Position numbers and translations under genes: made by a program. From positions 80,106,001 to 80,170,000 of the forward strand of contig CM052816.1 in assembly GCA_028534125.1 (NCBI GenBank): a stretch of DNA of 64,000 nucleotides, written 5' to 3'. This DNA comes from Lama glama. Its lineage: Eukaryota. This document shows, piece by piece, positions 48,576 through 60,103 of this stretch; position 1 is the first letter of the stretch, and the number at the start of each line of letters is the position of its first letter. Under the pieces are notes generated by a model that was given only the letters and a program-made list of their open reading frames with translations, ran no database searches and was not told the origin of the DNA.

Positions 48576-50929
48576 GTGAGAGTGCTCCAGAGACTCAGGG
48601 GAGAGGGGCCATTTCAGGTTTCTGACAACAATTTCACACAGAGCGTTTGCAGTAGATGACATCCTTGAGCTGTTAGCACCAAGGGTTGACGAAATCTTGA
48701 AAATGACCTTGAGCTCAAAAGGAAAAGGAGTCCAACCCACAAGCCGTTGCTGCCTCCCGTCTTCTCCCTTCATCCTTCTCTCTTTTCCTCCTCCTCTCTT
48801 GGCCTCTAGGAAGAGCGCGGGTGACCCCGAAGAGGACACCAAACATTTTAATGAGAGACACGGGGTCAGAAGGACTGGATGCACACAGTCCTGGTTGGCA
48901 TCCGCCATCCAAGGCTAATGGGAGGCTGGGGTATCAAAGGGAACACTGTCAAGGGAAGGAGGAAGAGGGATGGTTTGGTGCTAACTGTGCATTAGAGGTG
49001 CTTTCTCACCGCCAGGCTGGGGTGATGTGAAAGATGGAAGCCTTACCCTCCAATGCCCTAGAGGCTGTCTCCAGTCCTCATGTTTGGTGGGAACTTGGCA
49101 GTTCTTGAGTCCTGGCTGTTGCTTCCTGGGGCTGCGGATGTCCCGAGAGAAGAGCAGGCACTGGTTTAGACAGACACGTGGACACGGTGCATGTGAGTAG
49201 GTAGATGAGCCACAGCATCGCTTCCGTGTGTCCTTTCTGCCTTCCTTCCCCTCACCTTCCTCGCCCCTCATTTTTATCTTCTCTTTCTGGTGCATCACTG
49301 GCCCAAGAGCCCAGCCAGAGTCTGCATTCAGTGCCAGCTCTGAAATTTCCTGGCTAAGGGATTCAGGGAGTCATTTCATCTATCTGAGCCCTAACTTCAT
49401 AACCTAGGAAGGTAGGTAACCAGATCTTGACTGCTTTATAAGGTTTTTTTAGGGATAAACTGAGATAACATATTTGAAGGAGGTAATACATATTTCAATG
49501 CTTTGTACACTGAAAGAGCTGGGGAGGTTTGGGTATTGAATCTGGATTCTCTTCTAATCACTGTTACTTCCTGTCTGTGCCAGCCTTCAGCATTTCGTGT
49601 GTACATCTAGCACATATAGACTTCTTGAGATAGGGGCCAGTGTGTCTCAGTCTGCTCAGAGACTATGCGGTGCCTGAGATGCTGTCCTTAAGGAATTATA
49701 GCTTTGAGGGTGAGCTACTGCTTCTCCAAATAATATTAGGGAAATCTTTTCTTGAGGGTGGGATGGGTGATTGTCCTCTGTGCACACGGTTTCTTTAGCT
49801 GTTCTATGAAGTAACAGAGGCCTCTTTTTCTTTGGGAACTCTCAGAACCGGTAACAAGCTAAATTGCTCTAACCAAGAGGGGGGATTTAGTCTTCAGTGT
49901 TTTTCAAAATTATTTGACCAATAAAACTATTCATACCTTTTGCAATTAGGAACACCTTTTAAAATTCCTATGCAGGTGAAACATAAGGCTTTGTGTTTAT
50001 TATTTTTATTCATTTATTAGATAATCTCTAAATTAATAGCACTGACAGCACTAACCCAAGATATGAAAATTGACAGCAAATATTTGGTCAAAGATGGGGT
50101 GGAAGCTGGTAAGCCTGGCCAGGCCTGCCTGATTCTAGGAAAACCCAGGACCCTAGGGGGCTGGAGCAAGGCTCTGTGGGAGCAGGGCTCTGTGGGAGCA
50201 GACTGGAGTTGTGGGGGAAAGAAAAGGCACCAGGAGTGAGGATTTCCTTACACAGTTTCATTTACTCTTTCCAACAGCTTTCTGAAGAAGACAGGATTGT
50301 AGTCATATTTCCAGTTGGGAAACAGAGGCTGAGAGAGGTTATGTTAGTTGCACACAGTTACACAGTTTGTCGGTGGTGGAACTGGGGTTTGAATTCAGGC
50401 CAGCCTGCTCTAAAACCCATCCTCCTTCCAGAGTAAGATCCAGCCCCTCCAAGAAGTGGAAAGGAGAGAGGACAAGCCTTGTTTACCATCCGAATCTGCA
50501 GTGATGACTGTGCAGAAGCAGCTGTTGTGCTTGCTCTAGGCCACCATCAAGCTCAGAAAATATGGGCCTCCATGTTCCTCTTGGGGAAAAAAAATCCTCT
50601 TACTCTGGTGTGTGCAGTGTAAACTCAGGGAGAGCAGAAAGGGAACTGGGTGGAGTTGGGCTCCATAAAAATCACTACCTTTCTGGTTAAAGATTTATTA
50701 AGTGACCACAATGTGCTGGGCAGATAAACAGACTTGACCTTTGCCCTTAGGGAACCCAGAGTAAACACACAAGATTTACAGCCAGAGTGCTTCATGGCAG
50801 ACTAGATGTTTTAGGACTTCAAGCATTCCAGGATCCTACCCAGCAGAGCTGAAGAATGTGACCTGGAAGAAAGTCTGAAATGCAGGAAGTTGGAATTTGC
50901 AGTCTTCCTCTAGCTGACTTCCTTTCCCT

Positions 50930-51100
50930 TTGCTAGCTGTGTGACTTAAGGCAACTTTCTTAACTTCTCTGAGCCTCAGCTTCCTTTTCCACCAAATGAG
51001 GATGGTAATACTTGCCTCATAGGATTAATATAAAGAGTTAATTAAATAATGTGTTCAGAATGCCAGGCACACCATAGGTGCTAAATAAATGAGAGCTATG
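50930..51100 (+). mobile_element. MIR
   Basis: 'ctagctgtgtgacttaaggcaactttcttaacttctctgagcctcagcttcc...cctcataggatt'. Confidence 0.85.
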
Positions 51101-51294
51101 GTTTTGAAAGTTTCCTAATTGTGCATGGGATAATATTCAAGCTCTACCCACAGGTATTTAAGGCTTTCCAGAGTTCAGCATCTACTCATCTTGCCAGCCT
51201 TTACCTTGGCTTCCTTCCACTCACTAAGCGGCCAGCACCCACGGGCATTCCTTTCCTGTTGACTTGTCAAAGACTTCCCTTCCTTCCAGTTTTA

Positions 51295-52641
51295 CAGCAG
51301 TTCTCAGAGTATGTCTGTGGATCTCTGAGGGGGTCCCTAGGCTCTTCCAGAGGGTCCTGAGGTCAAAATTAATTTCATAATAATGCTGAGATGTTGTTTG
51401 TTTTTTTCACTGTATTAACAGTTGCACCAAGGGTGTAGGAGTATTGATGGGTGAAAGTGAACGAGAGCGAGTGATCATTGTATTTATTACCACCACCCAA
51501 TGGTAGGGGGGAAAAGTACCAGTTTCACAGAAGAATGTGCTTAACGAAACAAAAATTACTGATTTTATTAAGCATTGACCTTTGAGTACACATCTTTTTA
51601 ATACTCTGCGTGATGAAATGGGAAACTTGCACAAAGCACTTTTGCTGCTTGTGGATAGTCGTCTAGAGGAAACGCATCTGTGCAATTGAATTGGGAGATG
51701 AACTGTCACTTTTTTTCGTGGAACAGCGTTTTTATTTGAAAGAATACTGATGAACAAATTATAGTTATTCAAATTTAGATATTTGGCAAACATTTTCTCC
51801 AAAATGAACTGCATCTGTCACTTCAAGGGAAACAACTGACGAGATCTGTTGCCAATGATAAAATCTGGGCTTTGCTGCAAAAATTAGAATTTTGGAAAAC
51901 TTGTATCCACTACTGTGAGCTTGACAGATTCTGAATAAGTGAAGCCTTTATGGATATCTCTGATAATATTTAAAAATGTGATTTTTCGGGATAGTATATA
52001 ATAGAGTATGTCAACGTTTTGAAGATCAAAATTTCCAAATGACCCAATGCACGAGGTTACAAAATCATGCATGGGTAAAAGATCTGTTCAAAGTACCTGC
52101 AGACAAATAGGTTTTAATGGAACAGTGAGCAAACATTTATTGATGTGGTTTCGAATTCCACCTTGCAACTAACTTTTAAGAGATTACTACTTGTTGAGAT
52201 TTGGTGTCTATTAAAGAAAAAAATCCATAATTATCTGAAAAAGGTTAAGTACTCTCCTTTTTCCCAACTACTTGTCTATATGCAGCTGTATTTTATTCAT
52301 ATACTTCATCCCAAACAACTTGACTCAACAGATTGAATACAAAAGCAAACGTAAGAATCCAGCTGTCTTCTACTCAACCAGTCATTCAAGAAATTTGCAA
52401 AATAGAGAATACCATTCTTCTTTCTTTTGTTTTAGAAAATATAGTTATTGTTCACAAAAATGTATTATTTTAGCATGTAATTGGGTTTATTATTTTTATT
52501 TTAAATTATGTGATAAATTTTTTTTTAATTTCTGTTTTACTTTCCAGTTGGGTAAATCTCTGTATAACTTACACAAATAAAAGCTCTTTGGTGTCTTCAA
52601 TAATTCTCAAGGGTATAAAGAAGTTCTGAAGTGAACCACTG
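51295..52641. mobile_element. Charlie1-family hAT DNA transposon
   Basis: Termini cagcagttctc... / ...gaaccactg; collinear with 24011-25928 in the same orientation. Confidence 0.85.
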
Positions 52642-53351
52642 GCTTAGAGTAAAGTCCAACAACTACCTTCAAGAAAACTGTCCAACCATTCGATTGTGGT
52701 GAGCAATCTTTTCTTGAATTCCTGTGGACTTTGAGTATGTATTGCTCACCTGTCATTTGGCATTATCTTATCTTGTCATTCTCTGTTTTAAAATACATTT
52801 AAAAAAAAACCACAGTAGGTCCTGCCAGCTTCTCACAGGTGAGAATCCTGCCTTACTGCATTCGGGAGAGAGCATGAAGGACGCTCTCCTCATACATGCC
52901 TGTTGTTAGGATGTAGTGAAGTGTCCTAATTTATCAGCATCACTGTCTTCATCTACTCTTGCAAATACGACTGAACCTCACTAACCTGCAAATATTGGTG
53001 GGGGAATAGTCTGAATTAGTGAAAAACCAGAATTCCAAACATATTTATATGTTTTATGTTTTCAACATTTTTCCTTAAGGTAAGACAAATGCATACTTAT
53101 TGCAGAAAATGTTTCAATTGCACAAACTAAATAAAATCAAATGTATCTGCAAAATAAATAGGACTTAGCTTTCCCTAGCTTTAAAAAATTAAAAAGCCCC
53201 TGCAATTTCATAATGGCTATCAATGTTTTGATCTATCACCTTCAGGGATATATATCATCCATATTAAGTGAGAGTTTTAAGAGTTTTACAGAAAATTGAG
53301 ATTTCATGTTTTATGAAGTTTTGTATCCTCCTCATGATCTTACTTGCTCTT

Positions 53352-53422
53352 TGAAATGCACAGGGTACTTGGTTTCATTCCCAGTACCTCCATTTCAAAA
53401 AGAAAAAAACAAGAAAGAAAAC
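53352..53422 (+). mobile_element. 5'-truncated tRNA-Ala SINE (vic-1 type)
   Basis: atgcacagggtacttggtttcattcccagtacctcca plus A-rich tail; matches the 3' half of the 7281-7398 element. Confidence 0.75.
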
Positions 53423-54017
53423 ATTATCTTTAGTAGCTCTGCTATGTTTCAATGATGCACATTTAGGTTGTTTCTGATTTATTGTTTTTATTGATAACAT
53501 TGTGATGGACATCCTTAAGGTGAAACAGTTACTGATTTGTTCAGGATAGACTCCTAGAAATGGGATTCCTGGATCAATGGGAATTCCAAGATATAGTCTG
53601 ATTAGCTTTAAATTATGTAACTTGAAAAATGATGATTGGTTACAAAATCATGCGTGGGTAAAAGATCCATTCAAAGTACATGTAGACCATTAGGTTTTAA
53701 TATACCACCAAGGACGAACGTTAATTTCGTCCTGATATACCTTTCTATTTATTATAGAAGAACAGCCCAGTCTGACCTGTCATCATTGTCTAGTGCCTAG
53801 GAGTATGCAATAAGCATTTCTTGATTGAATAATGAATGAATGAATAATTAGTCACTGCTGGTGGAAATGGATGCTGTCCATTAGGGAGGATGCTGGCACT
53901 ATACTCCATTCCATTTCAACGGATGCCATCACTGGGAGTGGAATATAGAGTCAGGCTGGAGACACCCATTGTCCCACGGCCTTCACCTTCCATCCCATCT
54001 ATTTTGGGGGGAGGGGG

Positions 54018-54352
54018 TATCAAAAGATAAACTCAGGTATATTAAAATATTTCAGCATATATTTGAGCAAACATCAATTCCAACTGACAGTGTCAAACCA
54101 GAAGTGGTTAGTAGCTCTCCACCCAAGGGCTAGGGGCAAGACTTACAGAGGAGATTCGGGAAGCAAATAAGGCTACCGCGTAAGCAGCTGCCTTATTTGG
54201 GAAAGCCTAGTTGGCTGATTGTGATAGGTTGTCCTTGGGTTTCAGTTTCATAACCTTGGGCTCTCACAGGCTTCCTTCTGGTTTGCTTGTACAGGCTTCT
54301 CAGGCATCAGAACCCCCTCAGTCTCATGGCCTCCTTTTTAATTAATTTAACA
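54018..54352 (-). mobile_element. ERV1-class solo LTR
   Basis: 'tatttgagcaaacatcaattcc...gccttatttgggaaagcc...aattaatttaaca'. Confidence 0.65.
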
Positions 54353-55619
54353 GGGAAAATAATCCGGGCCACACTATCGCTGTCTTTTTAATTCTCCAAA
54401 AGGGAATTGGTTTTTAAGTACATTCTCTCACAAGATGAGAAACAATCATTTCCAGATTAAAAAAAAAAAAAAGTCAACAGTTCTGAACATCTAAGACACC
54501 TGGGTAGAAAGGCAAGGCTTTTCTGCAGGATGTCTTCAGGCAGAGAGGGTGACAAATGCAAACAAAAGGCATTCTGGATGAATATTTCTGCATATATTGT
54601 CTTTGACCCCTTTTATATCACCCCACGATGGCCCACTCTTTAAAAATAAAATAACTTTTAAAGTTGAGGCTATAGATGAGAGAGAATGGTTTGAATAAGC
54701 GGCTGATTCTGAGTGATTACAATTTTCCAAGTCTGATTTCCATTATTAGCAAAGGGGAACACAGTAACAGATGATGTCATCATTGGAACCACAGAAGCAT
54801 GAGGACAGTCGAGGCGCTGTCTTGCCTCATTCCCACTTTTGCCAAGTGTTGAAGTGAAACCTCGGAGATCGATAGCCTGGGAGTATTTTTGGCAAGACCT
54901 CTGAATGTCAGAGCTCGTTTTCCAGGACCCTGAAGACTATTCCCCTTAAAGACACCCAGGTCTCTCTCATATTCTGTAATTATTTTTTTCCAAGCTGCAG
55001 ATATCACAAATACAAATTACAATTCATTCACACATCTGCAAGGCCATATGCTAACTCACAGCAGTACTTGGAGTAAAAAAAGCAGCAAAGTAAAAAACTT
55101 CCTTCTCTGGCTCACTAGGACGCCCACGAAGTCTCACTCAGCAGGACCGTTTAGGATGGAGAACAGCTTGCCTAACACCAACGCACCTCCAGTCCCATAC
55201 GGAGTTGACATGTTCTCACAGCATGCCATTCTCTCACTACTCTGCAGCTATTAACCACTCTGCCTTCCCACAGATTTTTCAAGTAATTAGTTGCTTGCTG
55301 CCAGCAAACCCAACCACTTTTGAGGTACAACACGTGTCATCCTCCTAGTCAATCTTGTAGTTTCTGGAGTTGCTGCCAATTTCATTTCTCCTGGGAGCAG
55401 GCAGATGGGTGATATCTCCTTCTGCTGATGAAGACGTAGATGCTCACAGCTCGGAGTTAGAATCCAACAAGATCTCCTAGGTCTCTTCCAGACCGAATCT
55501 TCCCAGTATTCCCTGAGGTTCTAGCACGTAGCCCTAGCCATAGGGCACACATTGTAAGTCTTAGTAACTGCGTGTGTTGATAAGGATGAATGCCTTGAAA
55601 CACAGTGACGTGTGGCAGA

Positions 55620-56130
55620 CATTTGCTGAGTGCTTACCAGGTACCAGGACCTTCCTAATTAGCACCTTGAATGTCTGATCCCAGTCAGTTCCCATAGCAA
55701 CTCCAGGAGGAAGGTATTATTATCACTCCTATTTCAGAGACGGGGAAATTGAGGCAGCGGGTGGTTTAAGCTACTTGCCCAAGGCTGCAGTTAGTGAGAA
55801 TTAGAGCTGCGGTGTGAGCCACAGCTGTCCCACTTCAAAGCTCATGTTCCTTGGAGTAAGAATGACAACAACAACAATAATAATAATAATAATAAAAAAA
55901 CAAAAAACCCTACACTTCTTTAGCATGCCAGGCATTAATCTGAGATTCTATGTAAATCAGCTCCTCTCATTTTCACAATAGGAGCCAAGTAGTAATATTA
56001 GCCCACCTTTTACAGGTGAGCAAACTGAAACACAGAGACATTAAGGAGCTTGCTCTAGGTCACACAGCTCTCAAGTAGCAGAGCTGGGATATGAATCTAG
56101 GCTTCAGAGTATGTGCTCATAATCACATGC
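55620..56130 (-). mobile_element. Two MIRs
   Basis: Cores 'atttcagagacggggaaattgaggca' and 'ttttacaggtgagcaaactgaaacacagag'. Confidence 0.8.
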
Positions 56131-57057
56131 TGTTGGGGAGCACGTTTCTGAATTTAGTTACAGATTATGAGAAAGCTACGCCTCCTCACCCACCCAAGGA
56201 GGATGCGGCTTCCTCTCAGGAGTTCTTTCAGGCTGATTCTGCGCTCCATGGTTTTGGATAACACTACCAGCACCTGCGTGGACATTTCCCCTCCTCCCAC
56301 ACACAGATGGCTTTCATGGGTGGTCCAAAGGTCTAAATCATTTCATGCATATTTCCAAGAAAGTAAAGAGAATGTAGCTTGTCTTTAAATGGGGATACTT
56401 CCACAAGGGAGGAGCAAGTGGTCCCAAGTCCAAGAGTTCTGCTGGGGACAGTGTATGGGTCCCAGAGCATCTAGGAGGTTGGGATTGCCTTGCCTGGCAC
56501 ACCCCCCACCTCCACTCCTTAGGCTGGTACTGCTCTTACTAAACACCACACAGGTGCATTTGTGACCTGGCCGGGTCAAACAGAACCCTCTACAGAGATT
56601 TTCCTGGCTTCAGCTGATAGGAAAAAGGCTGCTTTTTGTCCCTTGGTGCCCAGAGCTGTTGGGGGTGGCCTGGGGCCGTACTCCTTGCACGTGGGTAGAA
56701 AAGAAGGATGCTCACTGCAGAGAAGAGTGATGGACAGAGGGTCCTGGAGAACTTGGACCCAGACTCCAGTCTTCCCCAGATGCTTCTCTGCCCCTCCTGC
56801 TTAGGGAGACAATAAAACTGTGCCGTTGGGTTTACAACTGGCAATTGACCAGAAACCATCTAAGAGGACTTAATTACTGAATCTTTGAAAGGGCTCTGTG
56901 GCTTGGAATTCTGTGGCTCTTTCCACCCATTTTCCAGCTCAACGGTATGCATTTCTCTGCAATGATGTCCCAGGACCCTCACTACCTTACTCACCTCAGT
57001 GACGACACACTTGTGACCACCCATGCAATGCACCGACAATTCACCATTTACCAAGCT

Positions 57058-57517
57058 CACTAGTTTCCCAGGGCTGCCATAACAGATACCACAAATTGAG
57101 TGGCTTAAACAACAGAAATGTATTGTCTCACAGCTCTGAAGACTGGAAGTCCAAGATCAAGATCCATAAAGCCAGTTCCCTCTGAGGCTGTGAGGGAGAA
57201 TCTGTCCCAGGCCTTTCCCCTAGCTTTTGGTGATTTGCTGGCCATCTTGGGGATTTCTTGGCTTGTAGATGCGTTGCCTCAATCCTGGCCTCTGTCTCCA
57301 CATGGTGTTTGCCCTGTGTGCATCTGTCTCCAAATTTCCCCTTTTTATAAGGAAGGACACCCATCATATTGGATCAGGGCCCAACTTAATGACCTCCTCT
57401 TATGACCAACTAATTGGATCTGCAACAACTCTGTTTTTAAATGGGGTCTCAATTCTGGGGCCCTGGGAATTAGGACTTCAACATAGGAGTTCTGGATTGA
57501 GGACACAATTCAACTCA
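57058..57517 (-). mobile_element. MaLR solo LTR (MLT1C-like)
   Basis: 'tagtttccccagggctgccataacagataccacaaattgagtggcttaaacaacagaaatg...ggacacaattcaac'. Confidence 0.85.
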
Positions 57518-57879
57518 GGCCACTAGGGGATCAAGCAGGGGGAAAAAGGACAAGGTGCTGCCTCCTGTTCACCCAGATGAAGGCTTTGGGAAGTAGACAC
57601 AGAGAAGGCACTGACCTTGCATTTGAATACCGCTTTATGAGTTACTCTAGCTTACTGGTTTTGAACAAGTTGTTTACCCTTTCTGGGTTTGAAAGATAAG
57701 CCAACTGGGTGGGATTGGTGGTTTTCAAAACACGTTCCATGGAACCACTGGGGCTTGTTCGGGTTGGAGGGTCAGGAGGAAAGTTGGTAGATCATTGACC
57801 TCCCACATTCACATCACTCAGTGGTGTGCCGGGTGGTCCACCTGGGCAGACGGGAGTATTCTGTTGTTGCAGAAAAGAG

Positions 57880-57919
57880 TGTGACAGCTCAGTGTTACAG
57901 CTCAGTGTTATAGCTCAGT
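57880..57919. repeat. 13-bp tandem repeat x3 next to an LTR
   Basis: tgtgacagctcag tgttacagctcag tgttatagctcag. Confidence 0.9.
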
Positions 57920-58402
57920 TGTGACAGCAACCTGGATCCGGGCGAGAGACCAAGCACCACTCGGAGAGTTGGAGAACTCAGGTTTATTACGCCAGCGGGC
58001 CCAGACGAGTTAACACTCCAAGCTCTGGACCCCGTCTGTACGTTTACACAGGCTTTTATAGGCTGCCAGTTTACACTTTGCAACATCATATGCGAATACG
58101 GTATAACAAAATTTGACTAATTAGGAACAAGCTTTGTGGAAACGGACCAATCAGGAGAGAAAGAAATGATCAATCAGAAGTGAGCTCCATACAAATGAAG
58201 CACTACAAGTGGACCAATCAGAAGTTAGCTCAGGGAACCAATAGAATTTTAGGGGTAAGTTCCACTTTCCTAGAAGTTAGCCGTTTCAGAGGCAAAAAAG
58301 TGAGATAACGCCGCTGGCCCAGAGAACTGGATGGTGCGGGCAGAAGAGTAGTGGCCCTGCTTAGGGTCCTGCTGGTCTTTTTTTATGGGGCTTCCCACCT
58401 CA
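57920..58402 (-). mobile_element. Relatively young ERV solo LTR
   Basis: TG...CA termini, minus-strand TATAAAA (~58054-58060) and AATAAA (~57983-57988), four CCAAT-like units at 58145-58245, many intact CpGs. Confidence 0.8.
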
Positions 58403-58998
58403 CTATCACTGATGCTGCTTAGAAATGTCAGTGCACAGCAGTGACACAAAGTAGACCAACTATTATTGCTTTTATTGTTGTTTGTCAATTCTCCACAAAT
58501 AACACATTCCCCTTTTGCCTATACCCTGGGTGGACAATTCAGACAGATGACTCCACCATTTCCACTTTTGTACCCACTGCTTCCCCTCAAAGTGTTTTCT
58601 GTTCTTATCTGTTGTATGTATAAAGATTCCAAGAACATTTTTGTTTGATTAAAGGACTCTGCTAAAAAAATATTTTCAGTCTGGAAAACAGCAAAAGAGT
58701 CTCTTAGTTTCCTTCCAGTTTTAAGATTCTGTGTGTCTCTAAAAAAGTAGTCTCCATCTTTTTATAATTTTCATTCTCTACCCTTCAGAAAGTTAATTTT
58801 ATTAACAATTAATTAAACATTGCACTAAAGATCACTCAAGGCATGGCAAATATTTTCAGTTTTCACTGAGAGTGGGCTCCAAACGGAAGAATGTAAGTTG
58901 CAGCGTGAACACTTGCATCTTAATGGGGGTGGGACAGGAGAGGGGCTGGCTCCACAGAGATACGGCCTTTTATATGGAAAATTGTTTTTTCTTGTTGT

Positions 58999-59518
58999 TG
59001 TTACTGAGTCCAAACTTGTTCTGATCGCCACATAACAGGCCAATAACTTGCGAGATGAGGTGTTGGGGCAAGGAATAACGACTTTATTCAGAGAGCCAGC
59101 CAGCCAAGAAGATGGCAGACTGATGTCCTGGAGAACCATCTTACCCAAGTCAGAATTCAGGCTCCTTTTACATTAAAAGGGGGAGGGGGTGTGGCTGGTT
59201 GCTGCAGACTTCTTGGAGTCCAAATCCTTTGTTTCTGCAGCTGTCCACATAGGTCAGGTCATGATGTTCTTGTAAACCTACAGCAAGACAAATGTTATTC
59301 TCTGTTCTGCAACTTTTTATCTCTATATGAATGGAAAACTTTTATGCCTTTAAAGGTCAAAGCCTTGAGAATGGGCTATCCTGTATATTTCAGGCTGCAG
59401 GCAACATGCTTTTACAAAAGACGCAGAACCAGCATGACTAAGCACGGGAACCAGAGCACTGGTTAGAGCTAAAGGAACAGATCTAATACGGAGTCAGATT
59501 TTGTTCTTCCCTATTCCA
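58999..59518 (-). mobile_element. ERV1-class solo LTR
   Basis: 'tgttactgagtcc...gatgaggtgttggggcaaggaataacgactttattcagagagccagc...ctattcca'. Confidence 0.8.
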
Positions 59519-59879
59519 TTTTCTCTTGAATCTCTTATTTAAACAACCTGGAACATCTCACACGTACAACTTCTGCAGAGCAGGAGTTTGTTTTTTGTAT
59601 ACCTGTATCTGGAGTGGTGGGCTTTGTCAGCCAGCAGAGACACCAATTGTCACATCACGGAGTCCTGGACAGCTGTGATACCAAACCTGGTTTGTTGTGG
59701 GCCAGTGGCCCCTCCACTTGGCACCTCCTCCCCAAAGGCTCCCCCGCACTCGACTGCAGTAGTCACCCCCTTTCTTCCTCACCCCCCAGCATCCCTATGC
59801 TGCCCCTGCCTGCAGGGTAGAATCACCGCCCTGCTGACATTTCCTCTCACCTACTGCTGTTCTGAATATTTTGCATATA

Positions 59880-60103
59880 TAATAATAATTGCTAATGTTT
59901 ATTAAGCCCTTACTACAAGCCAGGCACTGATCCAAGTGCTTTACATGTATTAACCTAATTCTCCTAACAGCTCTGTGAGGCAGGTAGCATCATCTTCCCC
60001 ATGTACTAATGAGGAAGCGGCACAGAGAGGTTAAGTCACTGGCTTGAAGAAGTGGCCCAGCTAGGGTCTGAATCGAGACAGCCTTTGCTATTAACCACTG
60101 TGC
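59880..60103 (-). mobile_element. MIR
   Basis: 'gctaatgtttattaagcccttactacaagccaggcactg...gcacagagaggttaagtcact...ttaaccactgtgc'. Confidence 0.85.

Larger units (their letters stand above)
42185..48950 (+). pseudogene. Decayed LRC-type activating Ig receptor unit B (up to 6 Ig exons + TM exon)
   Basis: Ig ~42185-42471 (APKHTLYL..RCKGHLAG...KASFKL...LVKV*VT); ~42720-43017 (VSPVNSVSLGMSLMLLC); 44324-44636 (GLPQ...IPGE...VQFP..SWED); 44895-45176 (282 nt, canonical ends, LRSHPDSEASVLLIC); 45895-46553 (GYTNPKP [L2] HC...QLLAAG...FSL...DTGTVSC); 48289-48575. TM-like exon from 48810 (NILMR..G..GL...VLVGI). Confidence 0.55.

Noticed and set aside
56590..56859. V-set-like TAQFYCL motif
   Set aside because: Antisense reading of the AATAAA region of an old ERVL-type LTR (~56440-56880).
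57520..57600. LLPKAFIWVN Ig-exon start
   Set aside because: Overlaps a MIR 5' segment (ggctttgggaagtagac) and has no AG acceptor.
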